64,000 bases of DNA from Minisyncoccota bacterium (lineage in GTDB: Bacteria; Patescibacteriota; Minisyncoccia; JAHIHE01; JAGLIN01): assembly GCA_028690055.1 (NCBI GenBank), contig JAQVBZ010000005.1:379-64378 (forward strand), given 5' to 3'. The notes under the pieces were generated by a model. That model was not told where the DNA came from. It made no database searches and saw nothing but the letters and a program-made list of their open reading frames with translations. Shown one piece after another: positions 49,044-58,569 of the stretch. The position numbers and the translations under genes were made by a program. Within the stretch, counting starts at the first letter, position 1, and each line of letters opens with the position of its first letter.

Positions 49044-49700
49044 TTAGTTCTTAATAACATCTACCACTTTACCATTTATAATGAACTCGTCATCCTCACT
49101 AATATAAATTGGCATATATTCATGATCTGACCGGGCTCGCAAAACAATCCTATTATTTTTTATATCACGGTTATATTCTTTTATGGTAGCCAATCCGTCA
49201 ATAACTGCCAGTACTATATCGCCATTGTTGTAACTCTTTATTTCACGGTCTACCAGTACATAATCACCGCTTTCAATTTTATTGCCATTAACTTCGGCTT
49301 GGTTCATGGAATCTCCGTCAGTTTTAATGGCAAATAACCTGTTTTTATTTCTTGGTAAAAGGCTGGATGATACTTTAAGATATCTTTCAACCTTTTGTTC
49401 GGCATATATAGCCGCTGGTCCACAATTTGCAGCTCCTACTATCGGAATGGAGAATAAAGGACTTTTGCTGACATGGTTATAACCTTTCTTAACGACTTTC
49501 AGTATTCCTTGCTCTAGATTCATCTGTATCAGCCCAGCTTTTTCTAATTGCTGAAGATGGTGTTTAGCAATCTGGGGTTTACCTTGGGCTCCTATAAGCT
49601 CGGCGATTTTTCTTAAGCTCAACGACCCTATGTCTGGGGTGTTGGCGATAAGATTTAATAATTGTTGTTGTGTTATATTCATATGCAATAAATATAGCAC
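49044..49700 (-). CDS. LexA/CI-like repressor (wHTH + S24 peptidase domain)
   Basis: 218 aa. N-terminal winged helix. C-terminal S24 domain with GDSMNQ catalytic Ser motif and conserved Lys. Divergent to the phage-like genes. Confidence 0.75.
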   Translation of the reverse strand: MLYLLHMNITQQQLLNLIANTPDIGSLSLRKIAELIGAQGKPQIAKHHLQQLEKAGLIQMNLEQGILKVVKKGYNHVSKSPLFSIPIVGAANCGPAAIYAEQKVERYLKVSSSLLPRNKNRLFAIKTDGDSMNQAEVNGNKIESGDYVLVDREIKSYNNGDIVLAVIDGLATIKEYNRDIKNNRIVLRARSDHEYMPIYISEDDEFIINGKVVDVIKN

Positions 49701-49797
49701 ACCCCGGGGGATTTCGCAAGTACTTTTGTAAAAGTATTTGACATTTTACACCTAGTAGGTATGATGAAGTTATAAATTAATTCATAAATTTATTTTT

Positions 49798-50208
49798 ATG
49801 GAAAACTACGAGTTGCAATTGAAGCCTTTTGAAAGGAAGGACGGTTATAAGTATAAGGTAATTCGGCTTACCGATGTTACTCTCCATACTTCAAATAAGC
49901 GACCTACTAAGGCTATGGGCAAAAAGATTAAACAAGCGTTCGAACAAAACAAGCCCGGCAGGTTTTATGGAATAAAACCCCATGAAGTAATGGAAGGTGG
50001 TGATTTGCCCACGCTTATCAACAATCTTGTTAAGAATGATCCGAATTTCTTGAAAATGATCCAAGAAGAAGAGAAGAAGGGTTATAAGGTATTGCTCGAG
50101 TTGCCCGAGGAAGGCATTCCTGCTATATTTGGGCCAGATACGGTAGAATTTTTAAATAGCAAGAATGGACAGAGAATAATGAGAGATATTCATAAGCAAG
50201 AAATATAG
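49798..50208 (+). CDS. Hypothetical phage-associated protein
   Basis: 136 aa. First gene of the rightward operon. Confidence 0.4.
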   Translation: MENYELQLKPFERKDGYKYKVIRLTDVTLHTSNKRPTKAMGKKIKQAFEQNKPGRFYGIKPHEVMEGGDLPTLINNLVKNDPNFLKMIQEEEKKGYKVLLELPEEGIPAIFGPDTVEFLNSKNGQRIMRDIHKQEI

Positions 50209-50374
50209 CACTTTTTCACAATCGAATTAATGCGTAGTAAAAAGTAGAATAGCGTATCGCCTAAAAAACCATGCCTATTCCGCGCAAGAAACAAGTCTTA
50301 GACTTAAATGTCGGAGGCCTGTTTCATGTGTGGGATAGGTTTTTTTATATTTAAATTACTAACCATATGAAATT

Positions 50375-51649
50375 ATGGAAAAGTTAAAATGGCACACTGT
50401 GCAAAAAAGGATTAATGATCTGATTCCTCAGGAAGCTAATCCTCGAAAAATTACCGATAAGCAAATGTCGGATTTGAAGAAAAGTTTGTCTAAATTCAAT
50501 CTGGTAGAAATCCCGGCTGTCGATTTAGACGGCAGGATACTAGCAGGGCATCAAAGAATCAAGGCGCTTCAGCTCCTAGGGCGAGGCGAAGAATTGATTG
50601 ATATCAGGATTCCTAATCGTCAGTTAACCGAGGATGAGGCCAAAAGATATCTCCTTGCCAGTAATGCCTTGGGTGGTGACTGGGATTTCGACAAATTAAA
50701 AACCTTTGACTTGGATTTGCTCATTGACATTGGTTTTGATCAGATTGATTTGTCTCATTTCTGGGATAATGAACTCGAAATAAAAGAGGAGGATTTTGAT
50801 GTCGAAGAAGAACTGAAAAAAATAAAAACGCCAATAACGAAACCCGGTGATCTGATACATCTAGGCTGTCATCGTCTGTTATGCGGCGATTCTACTAATC
50901 CGGATAATCTAAAAAAGTTGTTTGGAGGAGAAAAGGCCTCGATGATATTCAGTGATCCGGTTTATAATATAAAACTCGATTATTCAAAGGGCATTGGCGG
51001 CAAAAATGAATATGGCGGTGCGGTTAATGATAATCGAAGCTATGATGAATACAAACAGTTTATCAAAAATTCCCTATTAGCCGCTTTGCCTAATACAAAT
51101 TCGGATTGTCATGTCTTTTATTGGTGTGACCAGACCTATATCGGCCTGATACAAGAATTGTATCGTGAATTAGGCATAATCAATAAACGAGTTTGTTTAT
51201 GGATTAAAAACTCACAAAACCCTACTCCAATGATTGCGTTCAACAAATGCTATGAGCCCGCAGTCTATGGTGTAAAAGGCAAACCATTCATAAACCCAGA
51301 CATAAGGAACTACAATGAGATATTAAACAAGGAACTAGGCACCGGGAACGAGTTATTTGAGGATATACATGATTCCTTGGATATCTGGCTCACCAAAAGG
51401 ATATCAGGTAAAGATTATGAGCATGCAACTAGCAAGCCATCAAAGTTATACGAAAAAGCTATTCGAAGATGCACTAAGCCGGGCGATATCATTCTTGATT
51501 CATTCTCTGGATCGGCCAGCACTATTATGGCTGGAGAACAACTAAAGAGAAAAGTATATGCCATGGAGCTGGAGCCAATCTTCTGTGATTTGGCGATAAG
51601 AAGATATAGAAAATTAACTGGCAGAAAGGAGGTAGTAAAGCATGTCTAA
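50375..51649 (+). CDS. ParB-like nuclease domain fused to DNA methyltransferase (phage-type orphan N6A/N4C MTase)
   Basis: 424 aa. N-terminal ParB/Srx pattern (EIPAVDLDGRILAGHQRIKAL), motif IV-like FSDPVYN, motif I-like DSFSGSASTIMAGE. Confidence 0.8.
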   Translation: MEKLKWHTVQKRINDLIPQEANPRKITDKQMSDLKKSLSKFNLVEIPAVDLDGRILAGHQRIKALQLLGRGEELIDIRIPNRQLTEDEAKRYLLASNALGGDWDFDKLKTFDLDLLIDIGFDQIDLSHFWDNELEIKEEDFDVEEELKKIKTPITKPGDLIHLGCHRLLCGDSTNPDNLKKLFGGEKASMIFSDPVYNIKLDYSKGIGGKNEYGGAVNDNRSYDEYKQFIKNSLLAALPNTNSDCHVFYWCDQTYIGLIQELYRELGIINKRVCLWIKNSQNPTPMIAFNKCYEPAVYGVKGKPFINPDIRNYNEILNKELGTGNELFEDIHDSLDIWLTKRISGKDYEHATSKPSKLYEKAIRRCTKPGDIILDSFSGSASTIMAGEQLKRKVYAMELEPIFCDLAIRRYRKLTGRKEVVKHV

Positions 51650-52064
51650 GAAAAACAGATTACAGCAAGCATTCTTTGAAGAACTAAAGAAAGTTCCTAT
51701 CGTGCTAGTGGCTTGTGAAAAATCCGGCATCTCCCGCAATAGCGTTTATCGTTGGAAACGGGAAGATAAGGAATTTTCCAGGGCGATGGATGAAGCTTTG
51801 GCTGAGGGCGAAGCTCTGGTAAACGATATGAGCGAAAGCCAGCTTCTGACTTTGATCAAAGAAAAGAATTGGTCAGCTATCAGTTTCTGGCTTCGTCATC
51901 GCAATCCAAAATTTAAGGATAAGATAGAGGTGACTTCGAGGAATGAAAACGTTGACGAATTAACGCCATCACAGGCGGAAACTGTACGCCAGGCTTTGAA
52001 ATTGGCCAATATCCTGCCTCAAGATGAACAAGTAACTGATAAGCCTAATAATCCAACTCTATGA
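51642..52064 (+). CDS. Phage terminase small subunit
   Basis: 140 aa. HTH pattern GISRNSVYRWKREDKEF. Overlaps neighbours by ATGTCTAA/ATGA (translational coupling). Directly upstream of the large subunit. Confidence 0.6.
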   Translation: MSKKNRLQQAFFEELKKVPIVLVACEKSGISRNSVYRWKREDKEFSRAMDEALAEGEALVNDMSESQLLTLIKEKNWSAISFWLRHRNPKFKDKIEVTSRNENVDELTPSQAETVRQALKLANILPQDEQVTDKPNNPTL

Positions 52065-53527
52065 AACCGAACAACATGATACCTCAGGCCTTGGTGGAAC
52101 AAATGACTAAGGACAGGAAGATAAGAACAGCAATAACTAAGGAAAGCTTCTCTTATTTCTTTCACTTTTATTATGCTCATTATGTTAAATATGCGACCGC
52201 CGATTTTCAAAAAGAAATCATAAGCTTGGTTGAAAAGAGCGACAAGGAAAATCTCTTTGTCGTGGCCTTCAGAGGTTCGGGTAAGTCTACCGTTATTACT
52301 GCCGCCTATCCGATCTGGGCAATCCTTGGCAAACAAGAAAAGAAATTTGTCGTCATTTTCTGCCAAACTCAAGCTCAGGCCAAGCAGCACATGATGAACT
52401 TGCGACGTGAATTAGAAGATAATGACTTATTAAAAAAAGACCTTGGCCCCTTCAGGGAAAATAGCGATGAGTGGGGCGCGCAATCAATCGTGTTTTCCAA
52501 TACGGATGCTCGTATTACCGTTGCTTCAGTGGATCAAAGTATTCGTGGCATAAGGCACTATCAACATCGACCGGATTTGATTATCTGTGACGATGTCGAG
52601 GATATAAGTTCCACTAAAACTAGGGAGGGAAGAAATAAAACCTATCAATGGCTAAAGAGCGAAGTGATACCAGCTGGTGATAGAGATACCAGATTGATAA
52701 TAGTCGGTAATTTATTACACGAGGATTCCCTGCTTATGAGGTTAAAGGAAGAAAGAGAAAAAGAGGTTATTGATGGCAACTTTCTGTTTTATCCGTTAAT
52801 TGACAAGAAGGGTGATTGTCTATGGCCGGGCAAATACCCAACCGATGAAGATATTGAAAATGAGCGCAGAAAGGTCGGTAATGAGATTACCTGGCAACAA
52901 GAATACCTACTTAATATCGTTCCGTCCGAAGATCAAGCTATATTTCAAGAATGGATAAACTATTACGATGAGATACCGGCACCTCTAAAACTATATGGCG
53001 GTTATAGTTCGTATATGGAAATAAGAATTGGAATTGACCCAGCTATTTCTAAAAGTGATGTCGCTGATTATACTGCTATGGTTCCTGGTATGTTATATGA
53101 AACTACGTCTAACTATAAGCTTTATATTCTCCCTAAAATAATAAATAAGCGTTTAAGCTTCCCTGAAACAGTTGATGCTTGTAAAACATTATATCAGAGC
53201 TACAAAAGAGATTCTGTTTATCCAAAATTCATCATAGAAGATGTGGCTTATCAAAAAGCCTTGCCTCAACAACTGCAAGTCGAGGGTATTTATAATGTAA
53301 TGACAACCAGGCCAGGAAATCAGGATAAAAGAAGTAGACTTATCGTACTAGCTAACCTAATTAAAACTGGACAAATATTGTTCCCAAAGGAAGGAGCGGA
53401 GGAACTAATACAACAGATAGTCCATTTTGGGGTTGAAAAACATGATGACTTAGCTGATGCCTTTGCCAATTTAGCTCACAGCATGATTGAAAAACCGCCG
53501 AGATCGTGCAGAGTCTATTGGGTATAG
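52061..53527 (+). CDS. Phage terminase large subunit
   Basis: 488 aa. Walker A AFRGSGKST, Walker B LIICDDVED, C-terminal RNaseH-like nuclease acidic residues. Confidence 0.8.
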   Translation: MKPNNMIPQALVEQMTKDRKIRTAITKESFSYFFHFYYAHYVKYATADFQKEIISLVEKSDKENLFVVAFRGSGKSTVITAAYPIWAILGKQEKKFVVIFCQTQAQAKQHMMNLRRELEDNDLLKKDLGPFRENSDEWGAQSIVFSNTDARITVASVDQSIRGIRHYQHRPDLIICDDVEDISSTKTREGRNKTYQWLKSEVIPAGDRDTRLIIVGNLLHEDSLLMRLKEEREKEVIDGNFLFYPLIDKKGDCLWPGKYPTDEDIENERRKVGNEITWQQEYLLNIVPSEDQAIFQEWINYYDEIPAPLKLYGGYSSYMEIRIGIDPAISKSDVADYTAMVPGMLYETTSNYKLYILPKIINKRLSFPETVDACKTLYQSYKRDSVYPKFIIEDVAYQKALPQQLQVEGIYNVMTTRPGNQDKRSRLIVLANLIKTGQILFPKEGAEELIQQIVHFGVEKHDDLADAFANLAHSMIEKPPRSCRVYWV

Positions 53528-53672
53528 CTAGAAAAGTTATCGGTAAGGCTATATATTCGAATATAAAGTAAAAACTTTGCAGACTGCATAAAATTGTCGA
53601 CTTTTCATTTACTTTTAGCGGAAAAAGAGGTAAAGTAATGGTAATTTGATAATAAAAAAACTATAAAATCAT

Positions 53673-53864
53673 ATGATAAAACCAGTAAACGTTACGTCCT
53701 TAAACGCATCTGATGAGTTATCTTGTGAATGTAATAAATGCGGTTGGGTAGGCAAGCTCAAATTGAATGGATATATTGTTAATACAGACAATGACGGTAA
53801 TCCATTAGGAAATATCGACGAGAACTGTCCTGAGTGCGGGGCTAGTTTAAATGAAAATATATAG
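53673..53864 (+). CDS. Small zinc-ribbon protein
   Basis: 63 aa. CECNKCGW...CPECG. Confidence 0.35.
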   Translation: MIKPVNVTSLNASDELSCECNKCGWVGKLKLNGYIVNTDNDGNPLGNIDENCPECGASLNENI

Positions 53865-53916
53865 GAGGTGTGCCAAATAAAAATGTCTATAATAAATAAC
53901 ATAAACTACTAAAAAC

Positions 53917-54390
53917 ATGGATAACCTAATATTTGCCAGAAATTTAGTTAAAGGTAAAATCGCAGAAACCATATTTGCCCAGATGCTCAGAGAAACAAAA
54001 GATTTCACAGTCTTAGAATTTGGCTATGAGAAAATCATTCCTGAATTAGTACAACAGGGATATGATGAAAATAATTTGATGCTTGAAACTTTGAGAACAG
54101 CACCAGATTTTGCAGTTATTAATCAAAAAACGAGAGAGGTTAGACTTATCGAGGTAAAATATCAGCGTACTATAAATTATGACTATGTTTTAAAATATGC
54201 AGAAAAGATGAGCCAGTCATGGAATCCGTCTTATCTTTTTGTTGCTACTCTGGATGGCTTTTATTTTGATGAAATTAATAATGTTATTAATGATAAAGGC
54301 AGGATTTCTCCTTTAAAACATCCCCAGATAAGCAATGATTTACAAGATAAATATCTAAAGATATTAACGGATTTCGAGAAAAACAATTAA
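53917..54390 (+). CDS. PD-(D/E)xK nuclease-fold protein (YraN/UPF0102-like)
   Basis: 157 aa. E (KIAETIFAQ) ... APDFAVIN ... VRLIEVKYQ gives a canonical E-PD-ExK arrangement. Confidence 0.5.
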   Translation: MDNLIFARNLVKGKIAETIFAQMLRETKDFTVLEFGYEKIIPELVQQGYDENNLMLETLRTAPDFAVINQKTREVRLIEVKYQRTINYDYVLKYAEKMSQSWNPSYLFVATLDGFYFDEINNVINDKGRISPLKHPQISNDLQDKYLKILTDFEKNN

Positions 54391-54406
54391 GAAATATTTA
54401 AAAAAT

Positions 54407-55696
54407 ATGCCTGAAAAGAAAAATAGACGAGAGGAATATTTAGAAAGTACAAACGAGGACAAAGAAATATATTTTTTTATTGATGAATTTCAAAAAATAA
54501 ATATTAAATCTCGGGAAGTGTATATCAAAACCAATAAAGTTATTCATCATCCATTTAATAAATCTGGAAACTTTAAATATAAAAAAATAACAGAAATTAT
54601 ATATGAAGGATTGCCAGATCCACTGCCTAGAGGTTTTATCAAAGATTGGAGGCTTGGGTATGGTTTTACGAAAGTATTGAATCCAATACTTTATTTGATT
54701 GAAACAAAATTTGATGTGTCGAAAGTTGTCGTGAAGCCAAAAGGAAAATTCATGATAAAAAATAGAACGGTATACCTTAGTTATGAAGATTTGAATAAGT
54801 TCTATCCGAAAATGGACACTCTTATGAAAGTTCAGAGTAGTCAAAAAGAAGCGTTAGTCTCAAAATATCTTAGTCAGTATCTACCTACAGAATTTAAAGA
54901 TAGTAAACAAAAATATATAAAAGGATCAATTTATTCGATTGTCACAGACCAAATTGGTAAGGATGGATCAATTTCAAAGGATGATTATGATGCTATGCTT
55001 GAGCTAGTTGTATCGAAGTCAAGCGAGCAAACGATTGAATCGAAAAAAATAGTTTTAGCCACAAAGGAAAAAATCGAAAAAATATTCTTAGAAGATGGGG
55101 TTAAAGATTTTAAAAAAATATTAATTTTAAAATCTGTTTCTGGAGGATTTGAGAAAAAATGGGAACAGTTTTTCAAGGAGAATACATGGATTATCTCCAA
55201 TCTGTTCTCTCTCCCTGCATTGCTGTTTGCTAATCAGGCTTATGTGGGCGGAAAGGAAATCTTCAATACTAATGGAAAAGTGACGGATTTTTTATTTAGG
55301 AACAAATTGACCGATAATTTGGCAATTATTGAACTCAAAACTCATAAAACTGAGCTATTGTCCAAGAAGCCTTACAGAGGAGATGATGTATACTCATTAT
55401 CCGAAGAACTATCTGGCGCCGTTAATCAAGTATTAGACCAAAGGCAAAATTTACTAAATGATTTTTATGCCTTAAGATGCAAAACTGGCAATACGAATCA
55501 ATTTGAATCATATAATTCTAGATGTCTTATAATCGCTGGTAAAATCGAAGATCTTCCTAAAAATGGTAAAAGAAGTTTTGAAATTTTCCGAAATAATCTA
55601 CATGGCGTTGAAATTGTTACATTTGATGAGGTGCTGGAGAAAATGGAAACTTTTGTTTCTTTAATTAAGACGGATGCTAAAAAAAGAAAGAGATAG
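54407..55696 (+). CDS. Large PD-(D/E)xK nuclease-domain protein (Shedu/DUF4263-like candidate)
   Basis: 429 aa. C-terminal half carries D...DNLAIIELK (hydrophobic strand + ExK) and ends ...GVEIVTFDEVLEKME. The family assignment is tentative. Confidence 0.35.
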   Translation: MPEKKNRREEYLESTNEDKEIYFFIDEFQKINIKSREVYIKTNKVIHHPFNKSGNFKYKKITEIIYEGLPDPLPRGFIKDWRLGYGFTKVLNPILYLIETKFDVSKVVVKPKGKFMIKNRTVYLSYEDLNKFYPKMDTLMKVQSSQKEALVSKYLSQYLPTEFKDSKQKYIKGSIYSIVTDQIGKDGSISKDDYDAMLELVVSKSSEQTIESKKIVLATKEKIEKIFLEDGVKDFKKILILKSVSGGFEKKWEQFFKENTWIISNLFSLPALLFANQAYVGGKEIFNTNGKVTDFLFRNKLTDNLAIIELKTHKTELLSKKPYRGDDVYSLSEELSGAVNQVLDQRQNLLNDFYALRCKTGNTNQFESYNSRCLIIAGKIEDLPKNGKRSFEIFRNNLHGVEIVTFDEVLEKMETFVSLIKTDAKKRKR

Positions 55697-55764
55697 TTAG
55701 GTATTCGTAAAAAGATTTTTACGACTTTATTTATATAGGTGATAACAAATTTAATATAAACGCG

Positions 55765-56193
55765 ATGTTTTCTATAGGCAATATCTGTTCAATAATTTCC
55801 GTTCCATTTGCTTCATCCGCATCTTCTTTCTTATGGCAGATTATTCTCTTGCTATGGCCGTGGTACTGGCTGGGCATATTTCTCTTTCTTATTACATGGA
55901 TAATCTGGGAAATAATAACTCGTAACGGTACGGCACATTATAATTCTAAAAATGGCTTTTCTCCTTCTTTTAATCGTTTTGTCGGTAGTGGTACTTATGC
56001 AGGTTTGCAGGCATTAGTCTATTTATTTTTTGAAAAGTTTTTTGGCGATTCTGTATATTGCATGGTATGGCCATACGAAATTCATCTCGTTGTATTTCTT
56101 TCATCGGGATTGTTGCTACATCTGTCTGGATTTTGGCCTTATCTTTGGGAACCAAGCGGACAACGATACCACAAAAAGAGACATTATCGTTAG
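55765..56193 (+). CDS. Hypothetical membrane protein
   Basis: 142 aa, about 4 hydrophobic segments. Confidence 0.4.
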   Translation: MFSIGNICSIISVPFASSASSFLWQIILLLWPWYWLGIFLFLITWIIWEIITRNGTAHYNSKNGFSPSFNRFVGSGTYAGLQALVYLFFEKFFGDSVYCMVWPYEIHLVVFLSSGLLLHLSGFWPYLWEPSGQRYHKKRHYR

Positions 56194-56318
56194 ATTATAA
56201 TACTCCAAACAGTTATAATAACCACTTACAAGTGGTTATTATTGTTAACATAGCTAGTCATCCTAGCCAATATCAGCTAAAATAATAGGTTCGTATAATA
56301 ACATATTAATATAATTCT

Positions 56319-57422
56319 ATGAACGATAAACCATATAATCACTTAAAGGATCGCATATATTACAGTGAACTTTACGATAAGCTTACTATCGAAAAATGTC
56401 AGTGGTGGGAGAAGCGCCAATATTCTAAAGACATTTCTAAACTAAAAGGCAAAGAAAAGGAAATCGAAGAAGCTAAAGAAAGATGGTTTCATAATGCGGT
56501 TATACCTATAGCCCTGTATTTTATTAAAGCAGATCGCGCTTCTAAGAAGTCTGAAACAATCCAAGGGTGGATGAAACGAGATAAAGAGAAAGACGAGAAA
56601 GTTATTAATGCCAAAAAACCGCAAGGCGTTCGGTGCTTAGGCTGTAGCTCACCCTTGGAAAACTGCATATCACGTGATCTTATGAATAATCATAAGGGAA
56701 AAGAAGAAGTGCTTTTTATGTTTGAATGCTCTAAATGCGGAAAACGCCGAGTTTATTGGGAAGATGGAACAGAATGGGAGCATAAGCCAACTTGTATAAA
56801 ATGTAATTTTGAAGTGCAGGCAGAGAGTAAAAGAGAGAAAGATATTATTATCCATATATGTTCTTGTTCACACTGCGGTCATGTGGAGACTGACGTATGG
56901 GATTTAAATGAAAGAAAGGAGGAAAAGATAGATCCAGACTTTGAAGCCAATCGAAAGAAATATTGCATTTCCGAACAAGAAGGATATGAAATTATAAGCC
57001 GAGCAGAACAGATGGGAAAATTAGTTGAAAAATTTAAAGATAAAGAAGAAAATAAAGATATTTATGATGCGGTTAGTAAAATTAAAAAGCTAAATATCGC
57101 AGAGTTACAAGATCTTCTTAATTCTGTGATGGAAAATAATGGCTATATTAAACTTGAATTTGAAAAGCCTGAATTTCAGAAAGATGTTATCTTGGGTTTT
57201 AGCCTTCAAGACAACAAGCCCGGTCGGGAAAAATATGACAGCGTTCACAATCTTCAAAAGCTTATAAAAGAGACTCTTACACCTACAAACTGGAGATTGA
57301 TGAGCGATGGAATCATATATCGTTTAGGGTTCCTGCAAGGCAGACTTAAAGGTATTGAAGGCGAAGAAAATCTCTTGAAACTAGTCGAAAACGACCTTAA
57401 GAAAAAGGCTAAAAGTAGGTAG
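56319..57422 (+). CDS. Multi-zinc-ribbon protein, hypothetical
   Basis: 367 aa with four CxxC pairs (CLGC, CSKCGK, CIKC, CSCSHCGH) and a Lys/Glu-rich C-terminus. Confidence 0.45.
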   Translation: MNDKPYNHLKDRIYYSELYDKLTIEKCQWWEKRQYSKDISKLKGKEKEIEEAKERWFHNAVIPIALYFIKADRASKKSETIQGWMKRDKEKDEKVINAKKPQGVRCLGCSSPLENCISRDLMNNHKGKEEVLFMFECSKCGKRRVYWEDGTEWEHKPTCIKCNFEVQAESKREKDIIIHICSCSHCGHVETDVWDLNERKEEKIDPDFEANRKKYCISEQEGYEIISRAEQMGKLVEKFKDKEENKDIYDAVSKIKKLNIAELQDLLNSVMENNGYIKLEFEKPEFQKDVILGFSLQDNKPGREKYDSVHNLQKLIKETLTPTNWRLMSDGIIYRLGFLQGRLKGIEGEENLLKLVENDLKKKAKSR

Positions 57423-57511
57423 ATAAACTGTTGGTAACTAGCTCTTAGCAAAAAATAATATTTATGATATTATTGCTGGACATCTAGATGTTTTTAGTTT
57501 AAAATGGTAAT

Positions 57512-57716
57512 TGACAATTGATGGCTGAAAGGCCAGGCTACCTAAACTCAGACTTCATGTCTGGGCATGGTGCTTCAAGACCCAACCAAGACACTGACCT
57601 CCACGTTCAGCGACTCTTGGTTGGGCTATGTCTGGAAACGGACATAGGGCCGCAAGGCCTAGCTGGCGTGGAGACTTTTGGATCTCTACGACCAGCTACT
57701 GCATAGCTGGTTTTTA
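57512..57716 (+). ncRNA. Candidate structured small RNA (GC-rich, >=6 hairpins incl. GAAA and GCAA tetraloops) ending in an intrinsic terminator
   Basis: Hairpins CAGAC-UUCAU-GUCUG, CCCAACCAAGA/UCUUGGUUGGG (11 bp), CUAUGUC-UGGAAACG-GACAUAG, GGCC-GCAA-GGCC, GUGGAGA/UCUCUAC. Long-range GCCAGGCUA/UAGC-UGGC pairing. Terminator CCAGCUA-CUGCA-UAGCUGG+U5. GC about 55% versus about 33% in the flanks. Confidence 0.4.
57692..57716 (+). terminator. Rho-independent terminator (CCAGCTA-ctgca-TAGCTGG-TTTTT)
   Basis: Perfect 7-bp stem plus T-run. This is the 3' end of the structured RNA candidate. Confidence 0.55.
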
Positions 57717-57740
57717 TTAATTAAATAAAACATTAAAACC

Positions 57741-58385
57741 ATGAACGAGGAAACAACGAAGTGTCCTAAGTGCAAAGAAGAAGTTTTAAAAGGTGCGAAA
57801 AAGTGCAAGCATTGTGGTGCGGATCTTAGAAATTGGTTTATGCGTCACAAAATCATCTCTGTATTTTTAGTTCTTATGTTTATCGGCATCATAAGTGGAG
57901 GAAGTAATCCAAATAACTCAAACAATGGGCAAAATTCCAATGGCATTCAAAACGATACTAAAGCGGAACAAAAGACTGGCAAAATAAATGAAACTATTTC
58001 TGTCGGAAATTTTAGCTACAGAGTGCAGAAAGCGGAACAGGCTCAGTCGGTTGGTAACCAATATATTAACCATGATGCCTCTGGAGTTTATGAAATCGTA
58101 TCTTTAACACTCAGAAATAATGACAAAGAATCACGTTATGCAGACAGCAATATGTTTAAACTGATGGATAATCAAGGCAGATCATTTGTCGTTTCTACGG
58201 AAGCTACTAGTGCTTATTCTATAGCCAACGATAATCAGTACGATCTGTTCTTAAAACAAGCCAATCCCGGTCTTGAAATAAACGGAGTGCTTATCTTTGA
58301 TATTCCCCAAGATGCCAGTGGTCTTAAACTTGAAGTAAGCGGCGGATTTGGTAGTCCGGAAAAAGCCTACATAGAACTTAACTAA
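57741..58385 (+). CDS. Zinc-ribbon / TM / extracellular-domain protein (DUF4352-like architecture)
   Basis: 214 aa. CPKC...CKHCG ribbon, one TM (IISVFLVLMFIGIISGG), Asn/Gln-rich linker, C-terminal beta-rich domain. Confidence 0.5.
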   Translation: MNEETTKCPKCKEEVLKGAKKCKHCGADLRNWFMRHKIISVFLVLMFIGIISGGSNPNNSNNGQNSNGIQNDTKAEQKTGKINETISVGNFSYRVQKAEQAQSVGNQYINHDASGVYEIVSLTLRNNDKESRYADSNMFKLMDNQGRSFVVSTEATSAYSIANDNQYDLFLKQANPGLEINGVLIFDIPQDASGLKLEVSGGFGSPEKAYIELN

Positions 58386-58569
58386 ATCTATATTTAGACG
58401 TTTAAAGAATACCCTCTGTATCTTCTTAGATCAGAGGGTATTTTTATTTGTTATGCCAACCAAACTCAATTCTTCGATAAGATAACCTGTATCTGTTCGC
58501 TCTTAGCAAAAGCTTAAAAGTGTGTCATTAATGGAGGCGTAGATTTAACTAAATAATCAACTAAATCAT

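Noticed and set aside
57518-57706. 62-aa plus-strand ORF
   Set aside because: It coincides with the hairpin-dense GC-rich RNA candidate. It has a low-complexity Gly/Leu/Arg composition and no RBS.
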